In this document: positions 30,074 through 39,288 of the stretch, piece after piece
Position numbering within the stretch: the first letter of the stretch is position 1
Layout of the letters: each line of letters begins with the position of its first letter
Source of the DNA: an uncultured Pelagibacteraceae bacterium
Lineage (GTDB): Bacteria; Pseudomonadota; Alphaproteobacteria; Pelagibacterales; Pelagibacteraceae
NCBI GenBank assembly: GCA_905612235.1
Contig: CAJQRF010000011.1
Coordinates: 40,835 to 104,834 of the forward strand
Length of the DNA: 64,000 nt
Direction: 5' to 3'
Notes under the pieces: model-generated
The model's database searches: none
What the model saw: the letters and a program-made list of their open reading frames with translations, nothing else
What the model was told of the DNA's origin: nothing
Program-made: the position numbers and the translations under genes

Positions 30074-31303
30074 TTATGCGGTAGCAAGTCTTGGTAGTGG
30101 CTTCTCGTCAATCGGCAAGTGGACTAAAGTTGCAAAAAAAGAAAGAGCAATAGATAAATACCAAGCATAATCAAATGACCCATATTCATCATAAAAATAC
30201 CCTCCTAAATAAGCACCTAAAAATGATCCTATTTGATGACTAAAAAATACTAACCCATACAATGTTGCTAAATATTTTGTACCAAAAATTTGTGAAATGA
30301 TTCCGTTTGTTGGCGGAATAGTTGCTAACCAAAGAAATCCATAGAGCACACCAAAACCTATTGCTACATAAGTTGATGTAGGAAGAATTAGAAACAAAAT
30401 TAGTACAATTCCACGAGCAAAATATAAAATACTCAATAATATTTTTTTACTATATTTTCCTGACAAGTATCCAAAAGTTAGTGTGCCAAAAACATTAAAA
30501 AGACCTATTAAAGATAAAATTGCAGTAGCTGTCCATATTTCAAATCCACGTTCTTGAATGTAACTAGGTATGTGTGCTGAAACTAAAGTTATATTAAAAC
30601 CACAAACAAAGAAACCAAATGTTAAAAGTATAAAACCTTTATGATTAAATGCTTCTTTTAGAGCTTCTGTGAGAGTTTGATTGTCTACTTTAGTGCTGTC
30701 GCTTATATTCTTTTCTTTCTTAACTTCGCGAAGAAAGATCGCAGCAATTACTCCAAATAAAACTAGGTACAAATATGTGTTTAGTGTTTTTTCCCATCCA
30801 AACGCAGATAATGCGAATTTTGTGTATATAGGAGAAAAAAAATAACCAATTGATGCCATAGCAACCACAATTCCTATAGCCATACCTCTGGTTTTGTTTG
30901 GAAAATGCTTTCCAACCGCAGCAATCTGAACACTTATTGCTGTCCCACCTAAACCAATTCCAATTAGTAAACCTAAATTAATTTGAAAAAATATTCCTGT
31001 GTTTGGTCCTGAATAAAGCAAATAAATTCCTAATGCTACAAAGCAAGATGCAATTATTGTAACTTTTGCACTTCCAATTTTATCTGCTAAAGCACCAAAG
31101 ATTGGTGCAAACATTCCCCACATCAACATTTGCAATCCTATTGCTAAACCAAACTCTGTAATTGTGGACTGTAAATCTTTTACAAAAAAATCTGTAAATA
31201 ACCCAAAGACCATACGGAGTCCCATAAATACCGCAACTATTAAGCAAGCAGAAATAAGTGTAATGAGAGCTACTTGATTTGGAAAAAATTTTTCTTTTAT
31301 CAT
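30074..31303 (-). CDS. MFS transporter
   Basis: About 12 TM helices; GALADKIG motif A, FFVCGF and HQIGSFLG. Confidence 0.92.
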   Translation of the reverse strand: MIKEKFFPNQVALITLISACLIVAVFMGLRMVFGLFTDFFVKDLQSTITEFGLAIGLQMLMWGMFAPIFGALADKIGSAKVTIIASCFVALGIYLLYSGPNTGIFFQINLGLLIGIGLGGTAISVQIAAVGKHFPNKTRGMAIGIVVAMASIGYFFSPIYTKFALSAFGWEKTLNTYLYLVLFGVIAAIFLREVKKEKNISDSTKVDNQTLTEALKEAFNHKGFILLTFGFFVCGFNITLVSAHIPSYIQERGFEIWTATAILSLIGLFNVFGTLTFGYLSGKYSKKILLSILYFARGIVLILFLILPTSTYVAIGFGVLYGFLWLATIPPTNGIISQIFGTKYLATLYGLVFFSHQIGSFLGAYLGGYFYDEYGSFDYAWYLSIALSFFATLVHLPIDEKPLPRLATA

Positions 31304-32478
31304 TTAATAAATTTTAAAGAACTTTTTAAATCATTTATTAAATCCTTAGGATCTTCAAGGCCGATATGTAAACGAACTAGGTGTTCATTTTTTTCAAATT
31401 TAAAATAACGTCTTGTTCCTAGTTCAACTGGATCTGTATAAACAACAAGACTTTCAAATCCTCCCCAACTATAGCCTATTCCAAAAAGCTCTAAAGAATT
31501 TACAAATTTATATATTGAGTTTTTACTCTTACTTTTTATAATTAAACTTAATAACCCTGATGCTCCTGAATAATATTTTTTCCATAATTTAAATTCTTTT
31601 GACGAAGTTTTGTAAGGGTATAATATTTTTGATATTTTTTTTTGATTTTTTAAAAAATTAATAACTGTTTTTGTACTTTCTTGATGCTTGTCCATTCTTA
31701 TATCTAATGTTCTTAATCCTCTTATAATTAAATAAGCATCATCTGGAGATAAACGATAACCTGATAAGTGATTGTACCACCAAACCTTTTTATAAACTTT
31801 TTTATTAACCGCAACAGTTCCCCCCATCACGTCGCTGTGGCCCGAATAATATTTAGTTGCTGACGTGATTGCCATATCAAAACCTAATTTTAATGGTTTA
31901 AAAAAATAGGCAGTTGCCCAAGTATTGTCTATAGCTGTTAAAATATTTTTACTTTTAGCAAAAGAAACTACTTTCCCTAGGTCCTGCATTTCAAATGTAT
32001 TGCTACCAGGATTTTCTACGTAAATTAGTTTAGTTTTTTTATTAATTTTATTTTTTAAGTCTTCAAAATTATTAGGGTTATACCAAACTGCCTTTACATT
32101 AAATTCTTTTAATAAATCATCTGTAAGTTTTTGTGTAGGTCTATACACGCCATCTGAAATTACTATTTCATCACCTGGTCTGCATATACTCATTATAGCT
32201 AAAACAACAGCACTAAATCCTGTTGGTGTTAAAAAAACTTGATAGGCATCTTCTAATCCTCTTAGAAATTTTTGTAATTGAACTGTTGTTTGCGTCCCTT
32301 GTCTTCCATAATCCCAATGTTCAACATCTTTATGTTCTGCAATATCTTTTTGATGTTTTCTTAATTCTTGCATCGTTTTAAATAATATTGTCGATGCACG
32401 TACTACAGGAGGATTAACTGATCTTGTATTATAATCTTTAGCTGCTGTTTTTAGGTATGTTTTTATTGATCTTTTCAT
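31300..32478 (-). CDS. metC: cystathionine beta-lyase
   Basis: VNPPVVRAST, DNTWA, SATKYYSGHSD (PLP Lys) and SWGGFES; start set at MKRSIK. Confidence 0.9.
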   Translation of the reverse strand: MKRSIKTYLKTAAKDYNTRSVNPPVVRASTILFKTMQELRKHQKDIAEHKDVEHWDYGRQGTQTTVQLQKFLRGLEDAYQVFLTPTGFSAVVLAIMSICRPGDEIVISDGVYRPTQKLTDDLLKEFNVKAVWYNPNNFEDLKNKINKKTKLIYVENPGSNTFEMQDLGKVVSFAKSKNILTAIDNTWATAYFFKPLKLGFDMAITSATKYYSGHSDVMGGTVAVNKKVYKKVWWYNHLSGYRLSPDDAYLIIRGLRTLDIRMDKHQESTKTVINFLKNQKKISKILYPYKTSSKEFKLWKKYYSGASGLLSLIIKSKSKNSIYKFVNSLELFGIGYSWGGFESLVVYTDPVELGTRRYFKFEKNEHLVRLHIGLEDPKDLINDLKSSLKFIK

Positions 32479-32485
32479 AAAATAT

Positions 32486-32514
32486 TTGATAACAAAATAG
32501 GAGAATGCTATATC
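32486..32514 (+). promoter_or_regulatory. sigma70-type promoter for the basic microprotein
   Basis: TTGATA, 17-bp spacer, TATATC, with an extended TG before the -10 element. Confidence 0.5.
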
Positions 32515-32564
32515 CACCGGATAAGGTCAATCAGATTAACAAAAAAAATAAGGAGATAAAAAAT

Positions 32565-32648
32565 ATGGGTTATCCTAAAAAGCACCGAGGCAGAAGAAAA
32601 GTGGGTTCAAAAAAGAGAAGAGCTCGTAAAAGAAATAAGAGAAAATAG
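32565..32648 (+). CDS. 27-aa Arg/Lys-rich microprotein
   Basis: MGYPKKHRGRRKVGSKKRRARKRNKRK*; AAGGAG RBS upstream; below the ORF-track size cutoff. Confidence 0.75.
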   Translation: MGYPKKHRGRRKVGSKKRRARKRNKRK

Positions 32649-32666
32649 CTTTTTATATAAGTAAAA

Positions 32667-33749
32667 ATGCACTCTAATAAGTTTTCAAATAAAGTAAAAA
32701 AATATGCTTTAATTTCATTTTTAATTCCATTGTTGACAATAAATTCCTGTCTCTTGCTTTATAAGTTTTTTGGAAATTTGTATGTATATCCTGCTCCAAA
32801 TTTTGACTACAGTAAAAATGAAGTTACGTACAGTTACGATAAATATAAAAATATTTTAAGTGATAATAAATCAAAATCATTTACTAATTGTCCTAAAAAC
32901 TATCTTACTAGAACTTTTGTAACTTATGATGGTATAAGAATTGAAACATTTGATAGAGATGGTCTACCCAGGGGAACCGCTAAAGACAATTATATAGCAA
33001 TCAATAAAATAGAAAAAAATACGCCGGATAAACAAAAAATTAAATCAATTATACTTAAAAAAACTAATATTAAAAATTTCCATTGTGTAAAAAATTATCA
33101 TTTTTTTTACGGATTGTTAGAAAAAGTAAATTTTTTAGAATCATTTTTGTTAAAAACTATCTTATTGAAAGAAAGTTCCTTTGCTAAAGTAAAAAACCCT
33201 TATTTGTATGGTGAGGTATCTATAAGTAGAACGGCCAGATATTTTCCTGCAGTATTTATATTTAAACCATTTATTATTTTAAGCGCTTTTATGCTTCTGT
33301 TATATTGGAAAAGTAATTTAAATTTATTTAATTATATTAAAAATGAAAATAAATTAGATTCGATTTCTAAAAAATTTTTTTATTTTGGTGTTCTTTCTTG
33401 TTTATTTTTAATCTTGCATGCAGTATTATTGGGTGTAGATTATGATTCAAGCATATTTAGGAAAATAAGAAGGTTAATAATAACTCTTTTTATAATTTTT
33501 GAATTAACTTCCCAAGTTTTATTAACAAAAAATATTTTTGATCATAAAAAATATTTAAAAAAATATATAAATCCAACTATTCTTAAAATGAAGATTATTT
33601 TTGTTGTAGTGATGTTTGTTATTACCATAATATCATTTACATTTTTGATTTATGGAGATCCAACAACTACATTCCAAAATGTTTTGGAATGGAATTATTT
33701 TAGTCTGCTTCTTGTTTACTATCTTTTAAGTAGATTGCTCTGGAAATAA
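32667..33749 (+). CDS. hypothetical membrane protein
   Basis: N-terminal TM helix, a soluble loop and ~5 C-terminal TM helices; SISRTARY and EWNYF look like conserved motifs. Confidence 0.7.
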   Translation: MHSNKFSNKVKKYALISFLIPLLTINSCLLLYKFFGNLYVYPAPNFDYSKNEVTYSYDKYKNILSDNKSKSFTNCPKNYLTRTFVTYDGIRIETFDRDGLPRGTAKDNYIAINKIEKNTPDKQKIKSIILKKTNIKNFHCVKNYHFFYGLLEKVNFLESFLLKTILLKESSFAKVKNPYLYGEVSISRTARYFPAVFIFKPFIILSAFMLLLYWKSNLNLFNYIKNENKLDSISKKFFYFGVLSCLFLILHAVLLGVDYDSSIFRKIRRLIITLFIIFELTSQVLLTKNIFDHKKYLKKYINPTILKMKIIFVVVMFVITIISFTFLIYGDPTTTFQNVLEWNYFSLLLVYYLLSRLLWK

Positions 33750-33750
33750 A

Positions 33751-33927
33751 AACCTGGTCCACACACCCGAAGGTGCATGAACAAAAGTTTTTGGTTCGTC
33801 GTTTTAGGCGCTACCGCCGAACCCGCCACTCCACTTGTTTAGCGCTGCTTAGTGGAGTTTTCTGCCCTATAAGCTTGAACCTTTCGGTTTTTCCTTATCT
33901 GGCCAGTTAAGAGTTGCCTCTTAAGTC
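33751..33927 (-). ncRNA. structured noncoding RNA (~180 nt), possibly an IMES-type marine RNA
   Basis: GC-rich island with GCAA, GAAA and cUUCGg tetraloop hairpins on the minus strand, two closing helices and a 6-bp loop-loop complement. Family assignment not confirmed. Confidence 0.8.
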
Positions 33928-34004
33928 AAATACATTTAACCACATTAAAAAAAAAATTAAATCACTATTTAGTTGTTTTATAAGTCTAATAACTAACCTG
34001 TTAA

Positions 34005-35153
34005 CTATGGGGATAAATATTTATTGACAGTACTTGTTATCCAGCCACCACCCAAAACTTTGTCACCAATATTATTTGTTGAATAAAATACACATGCTTG
34101 TCCAGGCGAAATTCCTGCTTCTTCTTCTTCTAATTTTACTTCCGCTTTATTTTGTTTAATTTCAATTTTAGCTTTAATGAATCTTCCTGTGGATCTAACT
34201 TTAATAAATAAATTATTTTTGTAATTTTCAATATTACTTAAAATATTAACGTTTTTCAAAAAAATTTTATTTATCATCAACTCTGATCTTTTTCCTACGA
34301 TAACCTTATTTTCTTTTGCAATAATATTTACTACATACAGTGGTTCATCGTGAGAAATTCCAATTCCTTTTCTTTGACCAATTGTAAAATTAATTATCCC
34401 ATCATGTTTTCCAATAATGTTGTTTTTTGTATCGAAGATATCTCCTGCCATAAAAGATTCAGGCCTATATTTATTGATCACTGAAGCATAATTGCCATTA
34501 GGTACAAAACAAATATCTTGACTATCAGGCTTGTCTGCTACATTTAAATTTAGCTCTGTAGCAATGTTTCTTGTGTTTTTTTTATTTAAAGCACCTAAAG
34601 GAAACCTTAAAAAATTAAGCTGCTCTTGAGTTGTTGCAAAAAGAAAGTAGCTTTGATCTCTTGATATATCAAAAGCCCTATACATTTCTGCTTTACCATT
34701 ATTTTGAATTCTATTAACATAATGGCCTGTCACTAAGGTATCAGCATTTAAATCTTTAGCATAAGAATATAGATCTCTAAATTTTACTGTTTGGTTACAT
34801 GTAACGCATGGTATGGGTGTTTCTCCAGATGCATAACTATCAATAAATGATTCTATAACTTCTTCTCTAAATTTTTTTTGGTAGTATAAAATTTTATGAT
34901 TAATATTTAATTTTTGAGCTACTCTTTTTGCATCCAAAATATCTTGTCCAGCGCAGCATTGTTTTTTAGATTTTGAGGCTTTAGAATCGTCATAAAGCTT
35001 AAGTGTTATTCCCGTGACATCGTACCCTTCTTTTTTCATTAAACCAGCTACAGTAGATGAATCTACGCCACCTGACATAGCTACTACTACTTTTGTATCT
35101 TTAGGTTTCTTTAAAAAACCAAGTGAGTTTGTTTTTTTTTCCATAATGTTCAT
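34005..35153 (-). CDS. mnmA: tRNA 2-thiouridine(34) synthase
   Basis: [34 protein letters not shown] and PGQACVFY motifs. Confidence 0.97.
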   Translation of the reverse strand: MNIMEKKTNSLGFLKKPKDTKVVVAMSGGVDSSTVAGLMKKEGYDVTGITLKLYDDSKASKSKKQCCAGQDILDAKRVAQKLNINHKILYYQKKFREEVIESFIDSYASGETPIPCVTCNQTVKFRDLYSYAKDLNADTLVTGHYVNRIQNNGKAEMYRAFDISRDQSYFLFATTQEQLNFLRFPLGALNKKNTRNIATELNLNVADKPDSQDICFVPNGNYASVINKYRPESFMAGDIFDTKNNIIGKHDGIINFTIGQRKGIGISHDEPLYVVNIIAKENKVIVGKRSELMINKIFLKNVNILSNIENYKNNLFIKVRSTGRFIKAKIEIKQNKAEVKLEEEEAGISPGQACVFYSTNNIGDKVLGGGWITSTVNKYLSP

Positions 35154-35199
35154 AAATTAATATGTTTGTTTTATTATATAAAATGATATTTTTCTACAA

Positions 35200-35376
35200 A
35201 TGTTTTTTATTTATGAACCTGGAGATTTTGTAATTAACCCTGATAATAAAGGTTGGGGAATTGGACAAATTCAGTCTATAGTAAAAAATAAAGTTACAGT
35301 CAATTTTGAAAATGTGGGCAAAAAAGTTATAAATAACAAAGAGATTTTATTAGAAAGAATTAAAAAAATTGAATAA
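35200..35376 (+). CDS. DUF3553-like small protein
   Basis: 58 aa MFFIYEPGDFVINPDNKGWGIGQIQS...TVNFENVGKKVI; below the ORF-track cutoff; its end overlaps the cysQ start. Confidence 0.8.
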   Translation: MFFIYEPGDFVINPDNKGWGIGQIQSIVKNKVTVNFENVGKKVINNKEILLERIKKIE

Positions 35377-36151
35377 TTTAAATTTAAAAAATACAGCAGA
35401 AGATCTTATAGATACTTTTTTAAAAGCTGGAGAGGTAGCAAAAGAAATTAGTAAAAGTGGGATTAAAATTACAATCAAGCCAGACAATTCTCCCGTAACA
35501 AATGGAGATTTGGCTGTAGATGAAATTTTAAGAGTTAAAATAAAAACTATTACACCAGACATTCCAATTATTTCAGAAGAAACTGTAAATTTAAACATCG
35601 AGGTTAATAAGCAAAATAAAAATTTTTGGTTAATAGACCCAATAGATGGAACTAGAGACTATATAAATAAAAAAGATGAATATACTTTAAATGCAGCATT
35701 GATAATTAATTTAATGCCTGCAATTGGTATAGTTTACGCTCCAGCTAAAGATAGGTTGTTTTTTTCTTATGGTAAAAACCTAGCTTACGAAATCAAAAAT
35801 GGAAAAAAATCAATTTTAAATTGCAAAAAAGTAAATAAAAAAGATGTTATAGGGTTAGAAAATTCTCGAACAACACCAAATGAAGTTTTGGATATCTATG
35901 ATAAATTTAAAGTCACTAAAAAAGTGAAAATGTCCAGCTCTCTTAAATTTTGCACTTTAGCTTCCGGTGAAGCCGACATATACGCAGCTAATGCGAGAGC
36001 ATTTGAGTGGGATATAGCAGCAGGACATGCAGTATTAGAACACGCAGGAGGTTCTGTTAAAAATCATGAGGGAGAAATATTTTTTTACGGTAAAGATAAA
36101 TACAAAAATTTACCTTTAATTGCTTTAAGATCAAATTATTTAGATAAATAA
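35369..36151 (+). CDS. cysQ: 3'(2'),5'-bisphosphate nucleotidase
   Basis: SPVTNGD, ISEE, WLIDPIDGT, SSLKFC and WDIAAG motifs. Confidence 0.9.
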   Translation: MNNLNLKNTAEDLIDTFLKAGEVAKEISKSGIKITIKPDNSPVTNGDLAVDEILRVKIKTITPDIPIISEETVNLNIEVNKQNKNFWLIDPIDGTRDYINKKDEYTLNAALIINLMPAIGIVYAPAKDRLFFSYGKNLAYEIKNGKKSILNCKKVNKKDVIGLENSRTTPNEVLDIYDKFKVTKKVKMSSSLKFCTLASGEADIYAANARAFEWDIAAGHAVLEHAGGSVKNHEGEIFFYGKDKYKNLPLIALRSNYLDK

Positions 36152-36241
36152 ATACAACTTAAAGTTGCGCCTAAATTGGTCATCATAACTCTTTTTATTT
36201 ATTAAAAAAAACAATATACTAATGCATTAAGGGGAGATTCT

Positions 36242-36514
36242 ATGTTGAAAAAGTTAATGTTTATAACTGTAATAGGTTTGCTTACATCAGGGTGCTTTAT
36301 GGCACCGCTGGCATTAATAGGTCCGCTATCGTCAGGATTTAGCACAGCTTCAATAATACAATCAGGCATATCTAGTGGGGCCAATTTATTAGTTAAAAAA
36401 TCTACAGGAAAAACTATTTCTGAACATATTTTTGAATCAACAAGTGAAGAAACTTTATCAAGTGCATATTTTCCAAAAAGCGCCAATTACAAAACTCAAT
36501 ATTCTCAAAAATAA
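36242..36514 (+). CDS. hypothetical lipoprotein
   Basis: Signal peptide with lipobox LTSGC; GGGGAG RBS. Confidence 0.7.
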   Translation: MLKKLMFITVIGLLTSGCFMAPLALIGPLSSGFSTASIIQSGISSGANLLVKKSTGKTISEHIFESTSEETLSSAYFPKSANYKTQYSQK

Positions 36515-36550
36515 AAACTTCCTAAATAAAAAAATAATTTAAATACAGAT

Positions 36551-36676
36551 ATGTTGAAAACTATACTGACCATAGTGATATCAGTCACTGCATTCGGAAT
36601 TTTATTTTATTTTTATGTAAAAAAAATATTAAAAAAAAGATTAGATTTTTTATTAAAAAATAGTAAAAAAAAGTAA
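36551..36676 (+). CDS. small single-pass membrane protein
   Basis: MLKTILTIVISVTAFGILFYFYVKKILKKRLDFLLKNSKKK* (41 aa: TM helix plus basic tail); fills the gap up to the recX stop. Confidence 0.5.
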   Translation: MLKTILTIVISVTAFGILFYFYVKKILKKRLDFLLKNSKKK

Positions 36677-36679
36677 TAT

Positions 36680-37240
36680 TTAGAGCATTTTGCAAAATTT
36701 CAAAAACTCATCTTTAGGGATATCCAATACTCTCTTTGAAACTTCATAACTGAAACCAGATCTAGCCAAAATCGAAATATCCTTTTTGTAAAATAGGGAT
36801 CTATTACTTTCCTCTCTATTGGGGCCTATTCTTCTTTTTTTACATATTCTTATTGCGGAAAAAAAATCAGGATCAGATTCATTTTCTTTAATTTTAGATA
36901 TACTTCCCTTAATATATTCTTCATCAATTCCTTTTTTTATTAAATTATATCTAATTTTATTAAGTGAATATCCTCTTCTTAAAAATGATTTTGATTTAGC
37001 ATCTGAATAATACTTATCATTTAAAAGATTTTGATCAACTAAAGATAAAACTACTGTATCTATTAAATCAAAAATTTCTTTTTTACTGGTTTTTTTTTGA
37101 TTTATCTTAATTAATTTTTTAAAGAGATATGTTTTAAGCTGTTGTTTTGATGGACTGTATTTTTCTAAATAAGAATAGGCAAAATTTCTTATATCATCAA
37201 TTGTTGCCTCTAAATTCTTCTTATTTTTTATAGGATTCAT
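36680..37240 (-). CDS. recX: regulatory protein RecX
   Basis: AYSYLEKY, LLNDKYY, RRGYSLNKIRYNLIKKGI and LARSGFSY match alphaproteobacterial RecX. Confidence 0.82.
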   Translation of the reverse strand: MNPIKNKKNLEATIDDIRNFAYSYLEKYSPSKQQLKTYLFKKLIKINQKKTSKKEIFDLIDTVVLSLVDQNLLNDKYYSDAKSKSFLRRGYSLNKIRYNLIKKGIDEEYIKGSISKIKENESDPDFFSAIRICKKRRIGPNREESNRSLFYKKDISILARSGFSYEVSKRVLDIPKDEFLKFCKML

Positions 37241-37275
37241 GATTTTAATATACTATATTATAAAACTAAATTTAT

Positions 37276-37749
37276 ATGCTAATGCAATTTCAAGATTTCT
37301 TAACATTTGAAAATATATATTTCTGGGCAAATTGTTTAATTCTGCCTTTTTGGATGTTGCTTATAGCTCTTCCAAATTCAAGATTTACTCAATTTTTTCT
37401 TAATTCAATTATTTTACCTTTGATTCTTGGTGCAATCTACACATACGTTATTTATCAGGCTATTTTACTTGAAGAATCTTTGTTCGATGTTTTCAAAATC
37501 TATTTGAATTTGGATAATTTATATACAGTATTTGCTACTGAAAGTTTTTTACTCGTTTTTTGGTTGCATTTCATTACGATAAATCTTTTTTTAGGATCTT
37601 GGATTGCTAGAGATGGAGTAAAGCATAACATTCAGCGAAAACTAGTTTGTGTTCCATTAATTTTAGTTTATTTTACTGGACCATTAGGGCTAGTCTCTTA
37701 TTGGTTTATAAGAATATTTCACGCAAAGAGATTAAGTTTTCATGATTAG
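37276..37749 (+). CDS. ABA4-like (DUF4281) membrane protein
   Basis: LPFWMLLIALP, WLHFITINLFLGSWIARD and GPLGL motifs. Confidence 0.8.
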   Translation: MLMQFQDFLTFENIYFWANCLILPFWMLLIALPNSRFTQFFLNSIILPLILGAIYTYVIYQAILLEESLFDVFKIYLNLDNLYTVFATESFLLVFWLHFITINLFLGSWIARDGVKHNIQRKLVCVPLILVYFTGPLGLVSYWFIRIFHAKRLSFHD

Positions 37750-37757
37750 ATAAATTT

Positions 37758-38798
37758 ATGAAGATTCAAAATTTAAGAAAAAAACAATTTATAAAAAAGA
37801 TTTTTATAAAAATCTGCAGAATTCTTGGTTACGAAATAATTGATCACAATAATCTATACATACCTACATCAGATAAATTTGCCACTGAAGAACTTAGTAA
37901 ACCTGGCAAAAGATCTATTAGTGTACCTCTTGGTGAAGTTAAAATCACAAGACAAGTTAAAAATTTAGATATTATTATTAAGACTTGCACTGGTGTTAAA
38001 TTAGTTAGTCAATCCAAAGAAAGGGTTTTTGAACACAATAAATCAGAATATACTTTTAGATCAATTAATTCTGTAATCAGAAGTGTAAATTATGCAAAAA
38101 AAGAAATGCCTAATATTGTGTTTAATATCTTTGTTATTGATCACAGTTCTTGCTCTGAAGACTTATCTACGATTAAAAACTTATTAGAAAATTCTAATAT
38201 TTCTTTTAAAATAATAAATTTAAACATTGATGAATTTTCTAGCAAAATTAACAAAAAAAATACTAAGGGGGAGAATGTTACTGAAAATATGATAGCTACT
38301 ATGTCAAGTATTTATAAATCTTTTTTGCTTGCCAAAGAAAAATGTAATGATTTGGTTTATTTTGTTGAAGATGATTATGTTCATCAAATTGAAACAATAA
38401 AGGAAATGATATTTTCTTACGAAAGAATTTCATCTCAGATAAACAGGGATTTTATCATATGCCCTTCTGACTATCCTTTTTTATATAATAAAGTTGATAA
38501 AACTGAAATTTATTTAGGTAATAAAAGACATTGGAGAAAAACTGAAGAAACGCTACTTACTTTTATGATTAGCATGAATTTACTAAACAAACATTGGAAT
38601 CTATTTGAGAAAATGTGCCAATTTGAGAATTCGCCTTTTGAAGAACCACTCCATAAAATATATCAGAATGAATTATGTTTATCCCCTATACCTTCATTGG
38701 CTATGCATTGCACAAATGTTAACTCTGTGTTTGGTCTACCTCCAAATTATGATTGGAAAAAAGTTTGGGAAGAGAATAAAAATTACAAGAATGATTAA
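37758..38798 (+). CDS. putative GT-A fold glycosyltransferase
   Basis: VIDHSS and YFVEDDYVH acidic motif. Confidence 0.6.
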   Translation: MKIQNLRKKQFIKKIFIKICRILGYEIIDHNNLYIPTSDKFATEELSKPGKRSISVPLGEVKITRQVKNLDIIIKTCTGVKLVSQSKERVFEHNKSEYTFRSINSVIRSVNYAKKEMPNIVFNIFVIDHSSCSEDLSTIKNLLENSNISFKIINLNIDEFSSKINKKNTKGENVTENMIATMSSIYKSFLLAKEKCNDLVYFVEDDYVHQIETIKEMIFSYERISSQINRDFIICPSDYPFLYNKVDKTEIYLGNKRHWRKTEETLLTFMISMNLLNKHWNLFEKMCQFENSPFEEPLHKIYQNELCLSPIPSLAMHCTNVNSVFGLPPNYDWKKVWEENKNYKND

Positions 38799-38801
38799 AT
38801 A

Positions 38802-38841
38802 AAAACAGCCTTTATTTTTAATTGGAAATAAAGGCTGTTTT
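38802..38841. terminator. bidirectional intrinsic terminator
   Basis: 16-bp perfect inverted repeat AAAACAGCCTTTATTT / AAATAAAGGCTGTTTT between convergent genes. Confidence 0.85.
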
Positions 38842-38847
38842 AATATG

Positions 38848-39123
38848 CTATTTGTTAAACATTTCCTTAAGTGCTTTAGCTGGTAAAAACTTAACTTTTT
38901 GAGAAGCTCCAATTTGGATTTGCTCTCCAGTTCTTGGATTTCGACCTACTCTAGCTTTTCTTTTAGCCACTTTATAAGTTCCAAAACCCGCAATTTTTAC
39001 CTGCTCATCACCTTTTAAACTGCCTAAAATAATCTCAGTAATTCCATCAAAAGTGCGTTCAGCATCAGCTTTACTAAGATTCATAGAAGACGATATTTTT
39101 GCAACTAGTTGTTTTTTGTTCAT
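38848..39123 (-). CDS. hup: DNA-binding protein HU
   Basis: MNKKQLV, GFGTY and GRNPRTGE motifs. Confidence 0.95.
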   Translation of the reverse strand: MNKKQLVAKISSSMNLSKADAERTFDGITEIILGSLKGDEQVKIAGFGTYKVAKRKARVGRNPRTGEQIQIGASQKVKFLPAKALKEMFNK

Positions 39124-39288
39124 TTTACCCCTTTTATTGTGGTTTTTTTAACTTTTTACACAAATACAAGTAAAATCAACATTTTTTTTAGCGTATAGTG
39201 AAGATATCAACACAATATATAGTTATCACGTCTAAAAACGTTGAATTTATTGACTTTTTTAAAAATTATATTTTATTAAATTTTTTTT

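Noticed and set aside
32505..32564. Longer 47-aa version of the basic microprotein from the in-frame ATG 32505
   Set aside because: That ATG falls inside the predicted promoter and has almost no RBS spacing.
33751..33927. 6S RNA, tmRNA, SRP RNA or a simple terminator
   Set aside because: Multibranched rather than rod-shaped, with no tRNA-like ends or SRP loop motif, and too elaborate for a terminator.
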